Shown here: positions 12,411 to 24,745 of the stretch, piece by piece
Layout: each line of letters opens with the position of its first letter
How positions within the stretch are numbered: the first letter of the stretch is position 1
Assembly: GCF_016433145.1 (NCBI RefSeq)
Contig: NC_058132.1
Location: forward strand, 15,567,968 to 15,631,824
Length of the DNA stretch: 63,857 bases
Direction of reading: 5' to 3'
Source of the DNA: Gracilinanus agilis
Taxonomy: Eukaryota
Program-made: the position numbers and the translations under genes
The notes under the pieces: generated by a model
Seen by the model: the letters and a program-made list of their open reading frames with translations, nothing else
The model's database searches: none
What the model was told of the DNA's origin: nothing

Positions 12411-12589
12411 CCTTAGGATGCTCCTCTATCAGTTAAGTAGAGCAGAGTAGGCAAAATAGTATCTCAGATCCCCTCAAGCCTTGAGTCCTACGACTAGCAT
12501 CTCCCTTATCCTATGATGCCACGACCTCCTCTCTCTAGGCTTGTTTCTTTATTGTTTAAAAAAAACCTTGCTTTCTGTCTTAATAACAA

Positions 12590-12925
12590 TATTACATATT
12601 ATATATAATAGTACATTATCTATCACTACATATGTTATATTATTGCATAATGAAATAACTTATGTAATAAGTTATATATAATATGCATGTTATATATAAA
12701 TCTATATAATATAAATAAGTTATATGTATGAAATAATTTATGTAATAAGTTATATATAATATGCATGTTATATATAAATCTATATAATATAAATAAGTTA
12801 TATGTAATATATAATTATATATTCTATCTAATAATCCATTATATATAACTATATGATATATATTATAGTGTTATATTATATATAATAAACATAATTCTAT
12901 ATTATGTAATAATATATAATAAAAT
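12590..12925. repeat. AT-rich low-complexity array with a 78-bp tandem duplication (12650 and 12728), inside a SINE1 copy
   Basis: atgaaataa(c/t)ttatgtaataagttatatataatatgcatg... occurs twice at period 78. SINE halves flank it (aaaaccttgctttctgtctt... on the left, ...ggcaagggctagg...gtgacttgccc on the right). Confidence 0.85.
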
Positions 12926-14514
12926 AACCAAAAGGCAAGGGCTAGGAAAACGAGGTGAAGTGACTTGCCCAGCTAGAAAGTGTCAGAGATCAGATTTGAA
13001 CCCATGTCTTAACCCAACTCCATGCCTAGTACTCTATCCACTGTGCTACCCAGCTGCCTTCAAATCCTTTATTTGTAAAGAGACTGGATTGTATGAGATA
13101 ATTTCTTGCGGCCCTTCCAGCTCTAACAGCTTGAGTCTAGGAGTTCCTGAGGCCAGACAGCACACAAAATCTTGAGCAGCTCAACAAATGAGGGGAAGTT
13201 AGCCAAGACCGCTCTGGTGGCTGAGGCAGCACTAAAGAGATTGGGCAGGGGATGGGGTGGGAGGGATGGGGCAGTCTTCTTCTCTTGGGCATAACCTTGT
13301 GCCTTTTATTAAATTGATAGTTATCATTTCATCTCCTACTCAACAAATCTGGAGGTGCCTGTAATGGATTGAATGCCCAGGGCTTTGCCATCCTTTCCCC
13401 AAGATGCCCCATGGTCAGGCCACTGGATTCAAGTCTCTAAAGAACAGCAGAAGCCCAGACTCAAACTGAATCCTGACCATACTCAGGTAAGGAGACAAGA
13501 AGTAGTGAGGGGAAGAGGGCAGAGATCTGGGTTTGAAGTTAGTAGACATGAGCCAAAGTCCTGACTCCTGTTTCTAAAATCTCAATGACTTTATACAAGT
13601 CACTTTTTATTAACACATTAGAACCCTTATCTGGAAAATGGTAATAATAACGATTACATGACCTGTCCCCCAGGACTGTTGGCAGGAAAGCTTTCTGTCA
13701 ACCTCAAAATGCCATTAAAACAAGATAAAGACAAACAGGAGATTTGAACCAAACATCCTATGAAAATTGAAAATGAAAACGTCCCTTTCAGCACAGAGTG
13801 AGGACTAAGGTTAGGCAAAAGGGGTGGTAAGAAGAGGAGGTCCTGAGCAGGGACCTGAAAAAGGGAAAGATCAAGTAGAGGAACCATGAGATACCGCCTA
13901 ACTGTGTGACCCTGGGCAAGTCACTTAATCCCATTGCCTGGCTCTTACCACTCTTCTGCTTTGGAACCAAAACAGAGCATTGATCCTAAGACAAAAGGTA
14001 AGGAGTTTTTTAAAGAATATTCTAATCAACTACCAATTCAATTAATTCTTGAAGAATAAATTGTGACTGTCACCTCCAGAGAATGAACTGAAAAAATGGA
14101 CACATGAAAAACATGATTTATATAGACTTATCTGTCTCCCAGATGATGCTTTCTATGATGCAGGGAAAGGAGACACTTGTAAATAAATTCTATTAATAAA
14201 AAGGGGGAAAAAAGAGAAGGATTTCGATGAAGAAGTAAACACAGGATATCCCATGCATGGGGGGGGGGGGACTGCCTGGGGGAATGCTTGGCAGGAGAGA
14301 GCAAACAAGATTGGGAAGAGCTCTGTGGAGAAAGAAAGATTGAATGAATGAAAATGCCTTCATTAAGTGTTTACTATGTAGCAAGAATTAAGCAAAAGTT
14401 TTGCCACAGGATGGCAAAAAGTGAGATAAGCCTCTGCCTTCAAGGAGCTTACAATCTAATTAGAGGAAATGACACAGATAAAGGAGTCCTGGCTGGAAGG
14501 AAATTTCAATTTGA

Positions 14515-14733
14515 TTTTCTTTTTTTTCTTTTCTTTTTTTTACCCTCACCTTCTATCTTAGAATCAATACTGTCTATTGGTTCCAAGGCAGAAGAGTGGT
14601 AAGGGTAGGCAACGGGGGTTAAGTGACTTGCCCAGGATGACAAAGCTAGGAAGTGTCTGAGGTCAGATTTGAATCCAGGACCTCCCATCTCTAGGCCTGG
14701 CTCTCAAACCACCGAGCTACCCAGCTGCCCCCA
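14515..14733 (-). mobile_element. Full-length SINE1_Mdo-type SINE with 15-bp TSD
   Basis: Reverse complement of gggcagctgggtagctc...; TSD gaaatttcaatttga at 14500-14514 and 14734-14748. Confidence 0.9.
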
Positions 14734-15334
14734 GAAATTTCAATTTGAGTAATAACAGAGATGATGAATTGACCTATAGATCAATCAATTGCCTCTCCAG
14801 ATGAAAGCTGTAGCCAAAGCAAGAAATAGAAAGATAGGGAGGAGGCATGTACATCATAGCAAGAAGATGGCAACATAGATTGGTTGACTGGCTGGATGGG
14901 ATGGGAAGATGAAGCATGGTCTGAGACTCCAGAAAAAGTGGATTAACAGAGTTTAAATTCACGCAGCAATCCAGAAAACCATGGTCCCCAAGGACAGACA
15001 TGGATAGCATTTTAAGTAGCCTGCAATTAAGATAAAAAGATAATTAGAATAAGATTGTAAAGGACCTTAAATATAAGGCTAAGAAGGCTATATTTTGTGC
15101 TAGAGACACTAGGGAAGCAATGGCATTTATTTTGCTTATTCTTCAAGTTGCATGAATATGTTTTATTGTTTCCATCTTATAACCAAGAAAAAACAATTGA
15201 GGAATACAATGAACACATCTATCAGTATATATACCATTTCCCCAATGATCCTATTCCCTGCCCCCTCCACCTGAACCTTCCCATATATATGTTCAAACCT
15301 CTTTTGAGAGTTTTTTTTAATTGTTGTTATTTCC

Positions 15335-15560
15335 ATTCAAGTCTGACCCCATTTGGAGTTTTCTTGGCAAAGATACTAGAATGATTTGCCATTTTCTTCT
15401 CCGGTTCATTTTACACATGAGGAAACTAAGGCAAGAAGGGTTAAGTGATTTGCCCAGGTTCACATAGCAAGTAAGAGTCTGAGGTCAGATTTGACTTCAG
15501 GAAGATGAGTCTTCTTGTCTCCAAGCTCAGCATTCTATCATCTTCTGCACTACCTAGCTA
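15335..15560 (-). mobile_element. MAR1-type CORE-SINE
   Basis: gaccccatttggagttttcttggcaaagatactagaatgatttgccatttt...gaggaaactaaggc. Confidence 0.8.
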
Positions 15561-18340
15561 TCCATGGTGAATTAATATTCCATTGACATACCCAACTTAT
15601 TCATCTACTTTCTACTTAATAGATGTTTATGGGATTTCCAAGGGATGGAGGTAATATCAAATGTGCCACTAGGAATATTTTGTCATATTTAAGACCTTTC
15701 TTTCTGCCTTTGCCTTCCGGGCATTTCATGTCAGGGAGTGATATTTCTGGATTAATGACTTTGAACAGTTTCCTAATTTTACTCACAAAATTCCAAATTA
15801 TTTTTCAAAATGTTTGGACAGTTCACTGTTTCTCCAGTGGTGTGTTAAAGTATTTCTATTTCTACCCTATGGATTTCTATCGTTCATGATGATCTTTGCC
15901 CCTTTTTTGAGTTTCAGGTGAAAGTCAAAGTTTTTTATTTTAATTTCTCTTATCCCCTGTCAGTCTGACTTAAAAAAAAAGATATGAATTTACTCATCAC
16001 TTGTTTATTTATGCGTATTGGAGGATTGGGTTTTTTAAGATTATTCACTTACAAAAATGAATCATATGGAAATATGTTTTGTGTGATAATACATGGATAA
16101 GCCAGATGAAATTGTTTGTCAGCTCCAGGAAGGGAGACTGAAGAAGGGAAGGAGACAATATGGATCATATAACTTCAAAAAACTTATGTGGAATTTTATT
16201 ATTAAAATAATTAATTAATTGATCAATTAACTTTTTAAAAAAGATATGGTTTACAGTTGTTCTTTTGCTCATATAGTTCAATGAATAGAGGACTGAGCTT
16301 AAAATTGAGAATCCTGATTTGAAATCCTGCTTCAGAAAACTATTCGCTAGATGACCCTGAGAAAGTTATATAACTTCTCCCTGTTTCTGTTTCCTTGTTC
16401 ATAAAATGAGGGAGTTGACTTCATGAACTCTAAGGTTCCTTCCAAAACTACCCTGAACATCCAATGAGTATTGGGTATTGAGTAAGAGACCTTGAGTTGG
16501 AATCTTATCCCAGCCACTGGTGTGCCTGTGGTGTAGTCATTTCTCTTCTCTGGGCCTCCATTTTCTCATCTGTAAAACAAAGAGATTGGATTTGATGACT
16601 TCCAAGATCCCTTCCTGCCCTTAAATCTTTTATGATGTTATCCATTTAGATCATTAATCCACAAAGGATTTCTGAACAGCAGAGTCATATGACTAAACCT
16701 GTGTGCTAGAAAGAATATTTTGTCAGTGGTATGAAGAATATCTGGTGAGAAGAGAGGCTGGAAGCAAAGAGACCAATTTGGATGCCATTAAAATAGTCCA
16801 GGTGAGCATGACTAAGGATCCCAACCAAGCACAGTGGCAAATACTTAAGTGGAGAGGAGGAGATGGAAGCAAGAGATGCTGGGAGAGGGATGTAGAACAG
16901 CCAACAGGGCTTGTATCTGAGTGGCTGTAAAAGGTAACAGAGAGAGAAATGTCAGATGTGATTCCAAAGTTTTAAGCCTAGAACATGGCAGCAAAAAGAA
17001 ATTGGGACATTTGGAAGATGAGTGAATTTAGCATCAGAAGAGGACTTATGGTTTCCATTTGGCAAATGGTAGGTTTGAGGGGCAAGAAAGGCTCTTAGGT
17101 GATATTCACTGGGCAGATGGAGTTGCAGGACTAAAGGCCAGGGGAGAAGTTAGGGCTGGGCATCCATTGTAGACATCTACATAGAGGTGATACCCAAGGC
17201 TGTGATGGTAGATGAAAGTCCCAAGAAGAGTTCTACAGCAAAAAAGAGCAATGGGTCAGGGAGAGGCTTACAAAGACACACATGAAGTATGTGTACTACT
17301 CCTACTCCTACTCCTATTATTACTACTACTTTTGTAGTAGGAAGAAGAAGATAAGTCAAGGAAGGAGGAAGAGAAAGAGAAAACAGAGAGGTAGGAGGAA
17401 AATCCACTAGAACTGTGTCAAGGTAGACAATGGAAGACCATAAACTTAGAAACTTTACGGGGGGCGAGGGGTGGGGGGACTCTCAAAGAGGTTAAGTGAC
17501 ATTCCCATCTAATAAATGTCAAAAAGGAGATTTAAATCCAGAGCTGTGACTCCAAACTTAGCAGGCTATCTGCTGTGCAACTTAGACTCTCATTGTTGGG
17601 GTGGACCCAGAGTGTTTTGGTGAATTGAACCAAGCAGGATTCTTGGAATGGCTTTGCCAGAGATGTGAAAACTTTTAACAGTTCATAACCAGCCAAGGTC
17701 CTTGATGAGAGAGTAACCAGAATGATGGAAATGGTCACCAACATTTGGGAACCGCATCAAAATAAAAGAAAATAATGACGGTCAAAAGAACAATGGGCTT
17801 GGAGTTCATGAAGTGACCTTGAAGGGAACAAGGTGTGGCTCATGGGAATGACCCAGAGTGGAAACCTCTAATGTACTTTTGTGTTCTTATAGTGAGAGAA
17901 CAAGAATGTCTAAAGGATAGAAAAGTCCACAAGAGCCGTGTGAAGTGGGAGAGTGACTGGAACTGGCAGAGTTCATTAAGGAAGTCTCCATGGAGGAGGT
18001 AAGTCTCAAAAAGGGAGATGGAAAGAAGGAAGCTAGTGAGCTAGCTTGTCTGGATGTTGGGGATAGAGGGGAAGAAAGGGAAGATGGGGCAGGGATTGAG
18101 GCTGTACTTATGATTTCACTGGTACAAGAAACTCCCTGGATAATAAAATTCTCTCTACCAATTAAATAATCTCTTTCTCTGAAACCTCTACCTAACTGCC
18201 TCAAGCATTGAAAGGCTGTGACTTGCCCAAGATCACACAGCCAATAAAGTATCAAAAGGCAGAACTTCAACCCAAGTCTTGCTGAGCCAGCTCTCTCTAT
18301 CTCTGCCACCCCCAACTCTCCCCTTTAACAAGTTCTATAT

Positions 18341-18540
18341 GGGGCAATTGGGTAGCTCAGTGGATTGAGAGCCAGGCCTAGAGACGGGAGGTCCTAAGTT
18401 CAAATCTGACCTCAGACACTTCCCAGCTGTGTGACCCTGGGCAAGTCACTTGACCCACATTGCCTACCCTTACCACTCTTCTGCCTTGGAGCCAATACAC
18501 AGTACTGGCTCCAAGACAGAAGGTGAGGGTTTTAAAAAAA
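18341..18540 (+). mobile_element. Full-length SINE1_Mdo-type SINE
   Basis: ggggcaattgggtagctcagtggattgagagccaggcctagagacggg...ttggagccaatacacagtactggctccaa...A tail. Confidence 0.9.
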
Positions 18541-18789
18541 ATGTCCTATAAGTCAAAAAACTAGGTAATAGAAGTAACACCTCGCTTGGGCAGGTTACAA
18601 AGCTCTTTGCTAATGATAAACTTTTAAATGAAGTGAAGCAAATATTCTTTGACTGCTTTCCACAGGTGAGGAAATAGACTTAAAGAGAGACGGGGACTTA
18701 CTCATGGTCTCATAGCTAGGAAATGAACCCAGGTCTTCTCGCTCTTGGGCTAAGCCTCTTCACTAAGTGACATCTACCTTTGTTGTATG

Positions 18790-19025
18790 TTGCTGTTGTT
18801 CAGTCATTTCAGTTTCCTTGGGACCCTGTTTGGAATTTTCTTGGTAAAGATACTGGAATGGTTTGTCATTGCCTTCTCGAGTTCATTTTACAGGTGAAGA
18901 AACTGAGGCAAACAGGGTGAAGTGACTTGCTTGGAGTCACACAACTAGTAAGTGTCTGAGGCTGGACTTGGACCCGGATCTTCCTGACTCCAAGCCCAGA
19001 ATTCTATCCCCTGGGCCACCTAGCC
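18790..19025 (-). mobile_element. MAR1-type CORE-SINE
   Basis: gttgttcagtcatttcag...ttttcttggtaaagatactggaatggtttgtcattgcc...gaaactgaggcaaacagggtgaagtgacttgc. Confidence 0.8.
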
Positions 19026-20725
19026 AAAGAAGCTTTAAGGCAGCTATGTGGGAAAGCTCCTAACAGGAACAGTCTGTGCTTTCAGATATTCCTGGCTTCC
19101 TCCAACTCTATCTGTGCCTTTTGCCCATCCCCTAGGGTTATTATAATACTCAAAGTTCAGGGTACTAAGATCCAGTACAAGGAAACAGGGGGCACACAGC
19201 AAGACAGAGCAAGCCAGCTTTCTTGAGGGAACATGCATACATCATGAAAGGTAGACAAAGAATTTGGAGGAAACAGGACAGGTTCCTCTGAGAATGGAGT
19301 GTCCATGCTGGTAAAGTCTGGTCAGTGATAGAGGGTTCTTGTCTGGATCTATAAGGATGAGGCATGGAAGGAATCAATCAATTATAAAACATTTATTAAG
19401 CTCCTATTGTGTGCCAGACACTATCCTAAGCCCTGGATCATTGTGCTAAGTGCTGGAAGGAAGTCACGGACTTGGACCTGAAGACTAGTAGTGACTGATG
19501 CTAGAGTGTCTGAGGTCAAATTTGAACCCAGGATCTCCTGCCTCTAGGCCTGACTCTCAATTCACTGAGTGACCTAGCTGTCTCTCAGCTGCCTTATTTT
19601 ATAAAGGAAGGATCTTAGGCATAATCTAAGGAAAAATTCCCTCCAATCAGAACCATCCATCAGTGCAATGGACTACCCCAAGAGGAAATGGATGACCCAC
19701 CACACACACACCTATCAAATGAAAGCTTGAGTGATAATGGATATCAGAGGAAACTAAGAGATCTGAAAGAAATGAAACAATTTTCAGTTAGTGATATAGT
19801 CGGGACTAGAAGCTAGGTCTAGCTCCATTTAGGACTCATTGCACTTGATTAAGTGGTCCCTCAACAGTATATCTTAATTGCCATGACAACTACTTTGGGC
19901 AGAAAGGTAGAGGATTTCTATAAATGTAAATCCTTCCTATTGCTCTTCTTTGGGCCTACTGTGGCATTTAACAGATGAGGAAGCTGAGGTAAACAGAAGT
20001 TAAATGACTTGTCTAGGGTCACACTGCTAGTATGTCCAAATTTGAAGTCCTATTTTCCCGACTCCAGACTCAATTCTCCTTTCTCTGTACCACCTTTATC
20101 AGCAACAAAAGTCCATCGTTGCACCCTAGCTTAGAAAAAAAAATAGAATTCTTGATTTTATGTCTATGTTTGTCAAGGTTTCCTAGAGAGGGAAAAGAAA
20201 GGAAATAGGCATTTATAAAGCACCTGCTATGTGCCAGGCACTTTACAATTATCTCATTGGATCCTCACAACAACCCTGAAATTTATTATTGCTGTTATTA
20301 TTCCCATTTTACAGATTAGGAAATTGAAGTAGATAGAGGCTAAATGACCTACCCAAAGACACAGAGCTCCTAGTAAGTGTCTGAGGCTAAATTTGAACTC
20401 AAAATTCCCCAATTGCAATCCTGTACTCTGTGCACTGTGGATATCCCTAGCAGCCTCAGAACAAGCTTGCCAACTCCTTGTGTTTAACACGGTGCCGTAG
20501 ATTTTAAAATTAATATTCAATATCTCCAAAGTATAATATTTATAAAGATTTATTAATATTTAACTAGAGAGCTAGAGAACACAGGGAACATTCACCACTC
20601 AATTCACGTGGAAGAGAGCGCAGGAGCCAAGAAACCGCAACTCTATACAGACAACGTAGCAATGCATGTATACAAAAGGCAAAAGGAATTGTGGGTGATA
20701 CAGGAAGGAATTTGGGGCAAAGCAG

Positions 20726-20752
20726 TTCCAGGGGTTCAAGATTTTCCAATTA
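20726..20752. promoter_or_regulatory. Candidate OR promoter: O/E-like site plus homeodomain site
   Basis: TTCCAGGGGT at 20726-20735 and CAATTA (reverse complement TAATTG) at 20747-20752, about 110 bp before a GTAAGT donor and 1.3 kb upstream of the OR6 ORF. Confidence 0.4.
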
Positions 20753-20832
20753 TGCAGGACTCTGCAGGTAGCAAGCCATTGGGATAAGAACCCTACCTGG
20801 GATCTCATTGTTGAAGGGAACACCCTTCACCG

Positions 20833-20862
20833 ATGCAGATCAACCCCTTCTCTACAACTCAT
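20833..20862 (+). CDS. Candidate coding exon 1 of the OR6-family gene (MQINPFSTTH)
   Basis: ATG at 20833 is the first Met after an in-frame TGA (20812-20814). Ten open codons end at a GTAAGT donor (20863-20868) in phase 0, matching the acceptor at 21993-21994. Confidence 0.45.
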
Positions 20863-21994
20863 GTAAGTTCCGAGAGGTGACTAGACCACCAAAGGGTTAT
20901 GGGGCTTGTGTAGGGTGGTCACACAGCAGGCAGATATGGGGCAAAGTTGGGAATTGAACCCAGTTTCCATATACCTAGAGAGTATGTATTATCATCCAGA
21001 TGGATTCCGAGTTTTCTGTGGAATACCACTTTTTTAGAACCATTAAATTTTCTAACAACTATAACAATAAATGACAATGATGTTTTTGATAGTATAGAGA
21101 GTAAATCTGAATATTAGAATGAATAATCATAAAATGGTGAAAGTTCAGAGGCAAGGAATAGGCAAGGAACCAGAAATAGGTTCATGAGGATTCATTTGAA
21201 GACCTGGGGACCATTAGGATGGAGAAAGGAAGACTTGAGAGGGAGATAAGAGCCTTCAAATATTAGAAGAATTAGATGTGTTTCATGTGGCCACATAAGG
21301 CAGAAGGAGGGCAGAATTTATGGGGGGTTGAGGGGGAGGAACAACTCCATAATTTTATCTGCTTGAAAGTGGGCATTACCTTTGTTGAGAAGAAGTGAGT
21401 TTCCAGTCATTTGAAGTCTGCAATTGGCAACTGATTGACCATTTATTTGGGATATTATAGAATAGGTGAGCAGATATCATCTCTGAGGTCTCTTTCACCT
21501 TCATGATTTAGATTCCATGACTGTAGAAGAATCATTCTCTCATAGGTCATGGAATCATGGCAATGTAGAATCTCAAAACAGGATAAAGTTTCAGAGGTCA
21601 TAAAGTCCATATCATACCGGAAGAAGCGTGCCCTTTAAAGCATCCTTAACAAAGCATCATCCAAGACTTCATTTGAGAACCTCCAGGTAGGGGATTCCAA
21701 CAACTCTTAGGTAAAAACAGCCCGGTGAACCAGTACCTTTAGGTATCCCAACTAGGATCCCAGGCTCACAACTCCTCTTTTTTCTCAGTTTCCTCATCTG
21801 TAAAATAGAAGTGATTTTACTTTCACTATTGACCTCACAAGATTTCTGTCAGGAAAGCCCATTGTAAAACTCACCATGTTGTAGGAATGGGAGCTACGGA
21901 CTTTTTCAGGGAATATAGACACCTTGTCCAACTGTTTCCTTGAATAGATCAATCAGCATCATGAAGTCATAAATATATTGCTCTTTGCCCCTAG

Positions 21995-22957
21995 CCTGGC
22001 AGACACTGGGAGGAGGCCAACATGACCCAGGTCCAAGAGTTCATCCTGTTGGGTTTGTCACCAAGGCCAGGCCTGCGGGGTGTCCTCTTTGCCGTGTTCC
22101 TGACCCTCTACCTGCTGACTCTCTTGGAGAACACCATCATCATTCTGCTCATCTGGAGTCACGCAGAACTCCACAAGCCCATGTATTTCTTCCTGGGGAA
22201 CCTGAGCTGCCTGGAGATGTGCTATGTGTCGGTCACGATGCCCACCCTGCTGCTCGGGCTGTGGTCAGGATCCTGCCACGTCCCCTTCACCTCCTGCATG
22301 ACTCAGCTCTTCTTCTTCATCACACTCATCTGTGCCGAGTGCACCCTGCTGGCCTCCATGGCCTATGACCGCTATGTGGCCATCTGTCGTCCCCTCCACT
22401 ACCCCATCCTCATGAGGCCGCAGGTCTGCCTCCTGCTGGCTGCTGCCTCCTGGATGGGCAGCCTCAGTGTCTCTGTGATCAAGACAGCCTGCATTGCTGG
22501 CCTCTCCTACTGTGGCCCCAATGTCCTCAACCACTTCTTCTGTGATGTCTCCCCTCTGCTCAACCTCTCTTGTACCCACGTGGCACTGACTGAGCTGGTG
22601 GACTTCATCTCCGCCATCGTCATCCTGTGGGGCTCACTGCTGGTTGCCTTGGCTTCTTACACAGCTATCGGGGCAGCTGTGATACGAATGCCCTCGGCTG
22701 CTGCCCGACGCAAGGCCTTCTCCACCTGTGCCTCCCATCTCATTGTGGTGGGCATCTTCTATTCAGCCACCATTTTCATTTATGCCAGGCCCAGTAGAAT
22801 TGAGGCCATGGACCTCAACAAACTGCTCTCTGTCATCTACACGGTACTCACACCCATGTGTAACCCCATCATCTACTGTCTGCGGAACAAGGAGGTCCAA
22901 GGAGCTTTGCGCAAGACACTCCACAAGGTTGGATTCAGTCAGAATTCAGACAGCTAG
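21995..22957 (+). CDS. Class II olfactory receptor, family 6 (OR6B/OR6Z-like), intact coding exon; internal Met at 22022
   Basis: LHKPMYFFLGNLS, MAYDRYVAICRPLHY, HFFCDVSPLLNLSCT, ELVDFI, KAFSTCASH, NPIIYCLRNKEV; LLNLSCT/ELVDF/YCLRN are typical of OR6. The acceptor ctctttgcccctAG at 21993-21994 is followed by open codons PGRHWEEAN-MTQ. Confidence 0.95.
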   Translation, partial: PGRHWEEANMTQVQEFILLGLSPRPGLRGVLFAVFLTLYLLTLLENTIIILLIWSHAELHKPMYFFLGNLSCLEMCYVSVTMPTLLLGLWSGSCHVPFTSCMTQLFFFITLICAECTLLASMAYDRYVAICRPLHYPILMRPQVCLLLAAASWMGSLSVSVIKTACIAGLSYCGPNVLNHFFCDVSPLLNLSCTHVALTELVDFISAIVILWGSLLVALASYTAIGAAVIRMPSAAARRKAFSTCASHLIVVGIFYSATIFIYARPSRIEAMDLNKLLSVIYTVLTPMCNPIIYCLRNKEVQGALRKTLHKVGFSQNSDS

Positions 22958-23182
22958 AGGTGGAGTTATGTGGTCAAGTAAAACATTTATTAAGCACCTT
23001 CTTTGTACTTCACATTACACTAGATCCTGGCAGAAATCCAAAGTTCATAGCATCACTCCAAGTTGGAAGAGACTTCAGATGGCATCTTGAGTCAAACACA
23101 CAAGACAGTAGCTTTTGCATTTTCCAAAAAGTAGGTTCCCTCTTCATATCTTCCCTGACCCTATCAATAATACCAGTACCTC

Positions 23183-23366
23183 GGGCAGCTGGGTAGCTCA
23201 GTGGAGTGAGAGCCAGGCCTAGAGACGGGAGCTCCTAGGTTCAAACCCGGCCTCAGCCACTTCCCAGCTGTGTGACTCTAGGCAGGTCACTTGACCCCCA
23301 TTGCCCACCCTTACCACTCTTCCACCTATGAGACAATACACCGAAAGTACAAGGATTTAAAAAAAA
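23183..23366 (+). mobile_element. Young SINE1_Mdo-type SINE with 15-bp TSD, 226 bp after the OR6 stop
   Basis: gggcagctgggtagctcagtgg...; CpGs retained (gacggg, cccggcc); TSD aataataccagtacc at 23166-23180 and 23367-23381. Confidence 0.92.
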
Positions 23367-24296
23367 AATAATACCAGTACCATCCCATTTATCCAGGCTC
23401 AGAACCTCAAAATGATCTATGGTGCCTACATCCCTCCCATTTTCCATTTAGAAACAGTTGCTAATTCCTGTTAATTATTTGATATTTAAAAGGATCTGTG
23501 ATCTATTTGGTATGGGTATTTCTTCTCCTCCTGGAGCTAGCGATCTATCCATGCCTTCAGGTTCTGGGTAGATCTTGTCCAAGCCTTTCCATAAACCAAC
23601 TCCATTGACACCAACCCAACATGCCAAAGGCTTCCTCGGAGTTATTTATTTGTTCTTTAATATTATTTGGAAATGAGTGGCATGATCAGGCTATTCAACT
23701 CTACCTAAGTGACTTATCTCCTTTGGATGCAATATATAGCTTCAAGGAGGTCTGTGGTTCCATTTCTGATGCCCAACTCATCAACCACATCATTTCTATC
23801 TGCAGAAAATCTCCTATATTTACCTCTTTGTCTCCCTTTTCACTGTCTGCTAAGTCCCTCACTTCTTAATTCCTTTCACAGCACATTCCTTCAGTTCCCT
23901 TCTCTTCCATCTTTATTTGTTATGAATGCAATATACTCTTATGTACTTAATAGGGAGAAGCTATAGAATTATGCTCATTGAGAGATTATGAAACATGGGC
24001 TGAGTCTTCCATATAGATCCCTTGGATATTTGTGGTGATCCAATGCCAACACTGTGTTAGAGGTAGAAACTTATTAAACAGGTAAAGTGACAGAGCCATT
24101 GGTTCTTCCTAGAAACACATGAACAAGCACAAACATTTATTAAGCACCTGCTGTGTACTGTGCATTATTCCAGATCCTGGAGAAAAATTCAAAGATGATA
24201 GATACTCAGAGTTGGAAGACACCCCAGATGTCATCTAGCCCAACACATAAGACAGCAATCCAACCAACAGAACAAGGCAAAATATGATCTCTGCCT

Positions 24297-24745
24297 AGTC
24301 TGGCTGGAACAGGCTACTAAGAGGCTTGGAGACAAAGGGATTCTCTCACCACAGGAGATACTGATCCAAGTTGAATCTTTGATGGTAAGGTAACTGGAAC
24401 AAATCCTTGGTCAGCCAGTAAAATCACAAGACTAAGGAGAAAGGCACTCTGCAATTGGTCCACCCAATTGCAGTGGCATAACCTTTCCTCAGCCTAGGCA
24501 CTTGCTTGGTGTTGACACCCAAGATCTCCAAAGGTTTCAGGTTACAGACAGTTAGCTGGATCACAGCTGCTGAGCTCCTTCTTCCAGCCTTGGCAATTCA
24601 CTCCAGCTCCTTCTCTAGCTCCTGCTGCATTCTATACAGAATTGTTCATGTCTGCCAACCAAGATCTTGCCTCTAGCTGCCTGTGCATTTCTATATATCT
24701 ATCTTATCTATCTTTATATTCTATCTCATAAATTTGCCTGTAACA
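24297..24745. mobile_element. 449-bp LTR-like insertion inside an L2 remnant
   Basis: Splits L2-like ctctgcc|...|ttcaaggag. 4-bp TSD gcct at 24293-24296 and 24746-24749; right end ...tgtaaCA, but the left end lacks TG. Confidence 0.5.
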
